Positions 43,626 to 44,006 of a stretch of 44,006 nucleotides of DNA are shown piece by piece (the stretch's first letter is position 1; each line of letters opens with the position of its first letter). Position numbers and translations under genes: made by a program. The stretch comes from Spartobacteria bacterium. Lineage in GTDB: Bacteria; Verrucomicrobiota; Verrucomicrobiia; Chthoniobacterales; Chthoniobacteraceae. Under the pieces are notes generated by a model that ran no database searches, had not been told where the DNA came from, and saw nothing but the letters and a program-made list of their open reading frames with translations. Location: the NCBI GenBank assembly GCA_025355595.1, contig JANXZI010000587.1, forward strand, positions 1-44,006, in the 5' to 3' direction.

Positions 43626-44006
43626 TCAGTCCAGCGGCGAACGCACCCCGAGGCCCGGCCGGTTCAGCACATGCGTATAGATCATCGTCGTGCTCACATC
43701 CCGGTGCCCGAGCAGCTCCTGCACTGTCCGGATGTCATAGCCTGCCTCCAGCAGATGCGTGGCAAAGCTATGGCGGAACACATGCGGCGTCACCGCCTTC
43801 TCCACCCCCGCCTTCCGCGCCGCCGCACGCACCGCATTTTGCAGATTCTTCTCCAGCACATGGTGCCGCCGCTCCACCCCCGCGCGCGGGTCCGTGGAAA
43901 ACTTCGCCGCCGGGAACACCCACTGCCAGCCCCACTCCCGCGCCGCATTGGGCGACTTCCGCTCCATCGCATCCGGCAGCAGCACCCGCCCATGCCCCGC
44001 GGCCAG
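43626..44006 (-). CDS. intI: Integron-type tyrosine recombinase (IntI-like), 3' part only; the 5' end lies beyond the window
   Basis: The frame is open to the window edge: [126 protein letters not shown]. It is collinear with IntI1 as I remember it: ALPDALERKYP...W.WVF...[56 protein letters not shown]. Confidence 0.85.
   Translation of the reverse strand: MAAGHGRVLLPDAMERKSPNAAREWGWQWVFPAAKFSTDPRAGVERRHHVLEKNLQNAVRAAARKAGVEKAVTPHVFRHSFATHLLEAGYDIRTVQELLGHRDVSTTMIYTHVLNRPGLGVRSPLD

Overview
High-GC (about 62-65% by eye) chromosomal segment. The gene content points to a PVC-group bacterium, most likely Verrucomicrobiota; this is inferred from motifs, not from any search. The relevant genes are CxPxR sulfatases, a Big2/DUF1549/DUF1553 giant protein, an SHD1-domain peptidase, a TIGR03790/PA14 protein and many short intergenic palindromes.

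I can support about 27 protein genes, listed by position:
- 0.8-6.7 kb: a sulfated-glycan utilisation block with two sulfatases, a Tat-exported TIM-barrel isomerase/epimerase and a SASA-type O-acetylesterase.
- 7.1-10.2 kb: a SWIM+SNF2 helicase.
- 10.4-12.8 kb: parA, an SDR and a COG1579 zinc-ribbon protein.
- 13.0-14.4 kb: a stand-alone Pup-ligase/deamidase (PafA/Dop) family gene.
- 14.5-18.1 kb: an orphan GspF/PilC-like gene and PBP1A.
- 18.3-22.0 kb: the DUF1549/DUF1553 giant.
- 22.3-29.9 kb: a more accessory-looking stretch. It holds a leaderless NlpC/P60-like protein convergent with an SHD1+HExxH peptidase, two small orphan ORFs, a 650-bp lower-GC palindrome-rich gap, and a TraB/GumN-DUF4139-lipoprotein operon.
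- 30.7-34.6 kb: pckG and an MBL-REC-GAF fusion.
- 34.9-37.7 kb: a permease/TIGR03943/amidase operon.
- 37.9-43.5 kb: rmuC, the TIGR03790-PA14 protein and a GT-C-like membrane protein.
- Right edge: the 3' part of an integron-type integrase, cut by the window.

I found no rRNA, tRNA, CRISPR array, transposase or prophage. Decayed gene fragments lie at 1-800 and 6.7-7.1 kb. Nearly every intergenic junction carries an imperfect palindrome built from tandem 6-9-mers.

No complete, obviously novel multi-gene system is demonstrable from sequence alone. The most checkable leads are the orphan PafA/Dop-like ligase, the NlpC/P60-like plus SHD1-peptidase pair, the truncated intI, and two large structured non-coding elements (26.5 kb and 30.5 kb). 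All family names are recalled from motifs; no database search was run.
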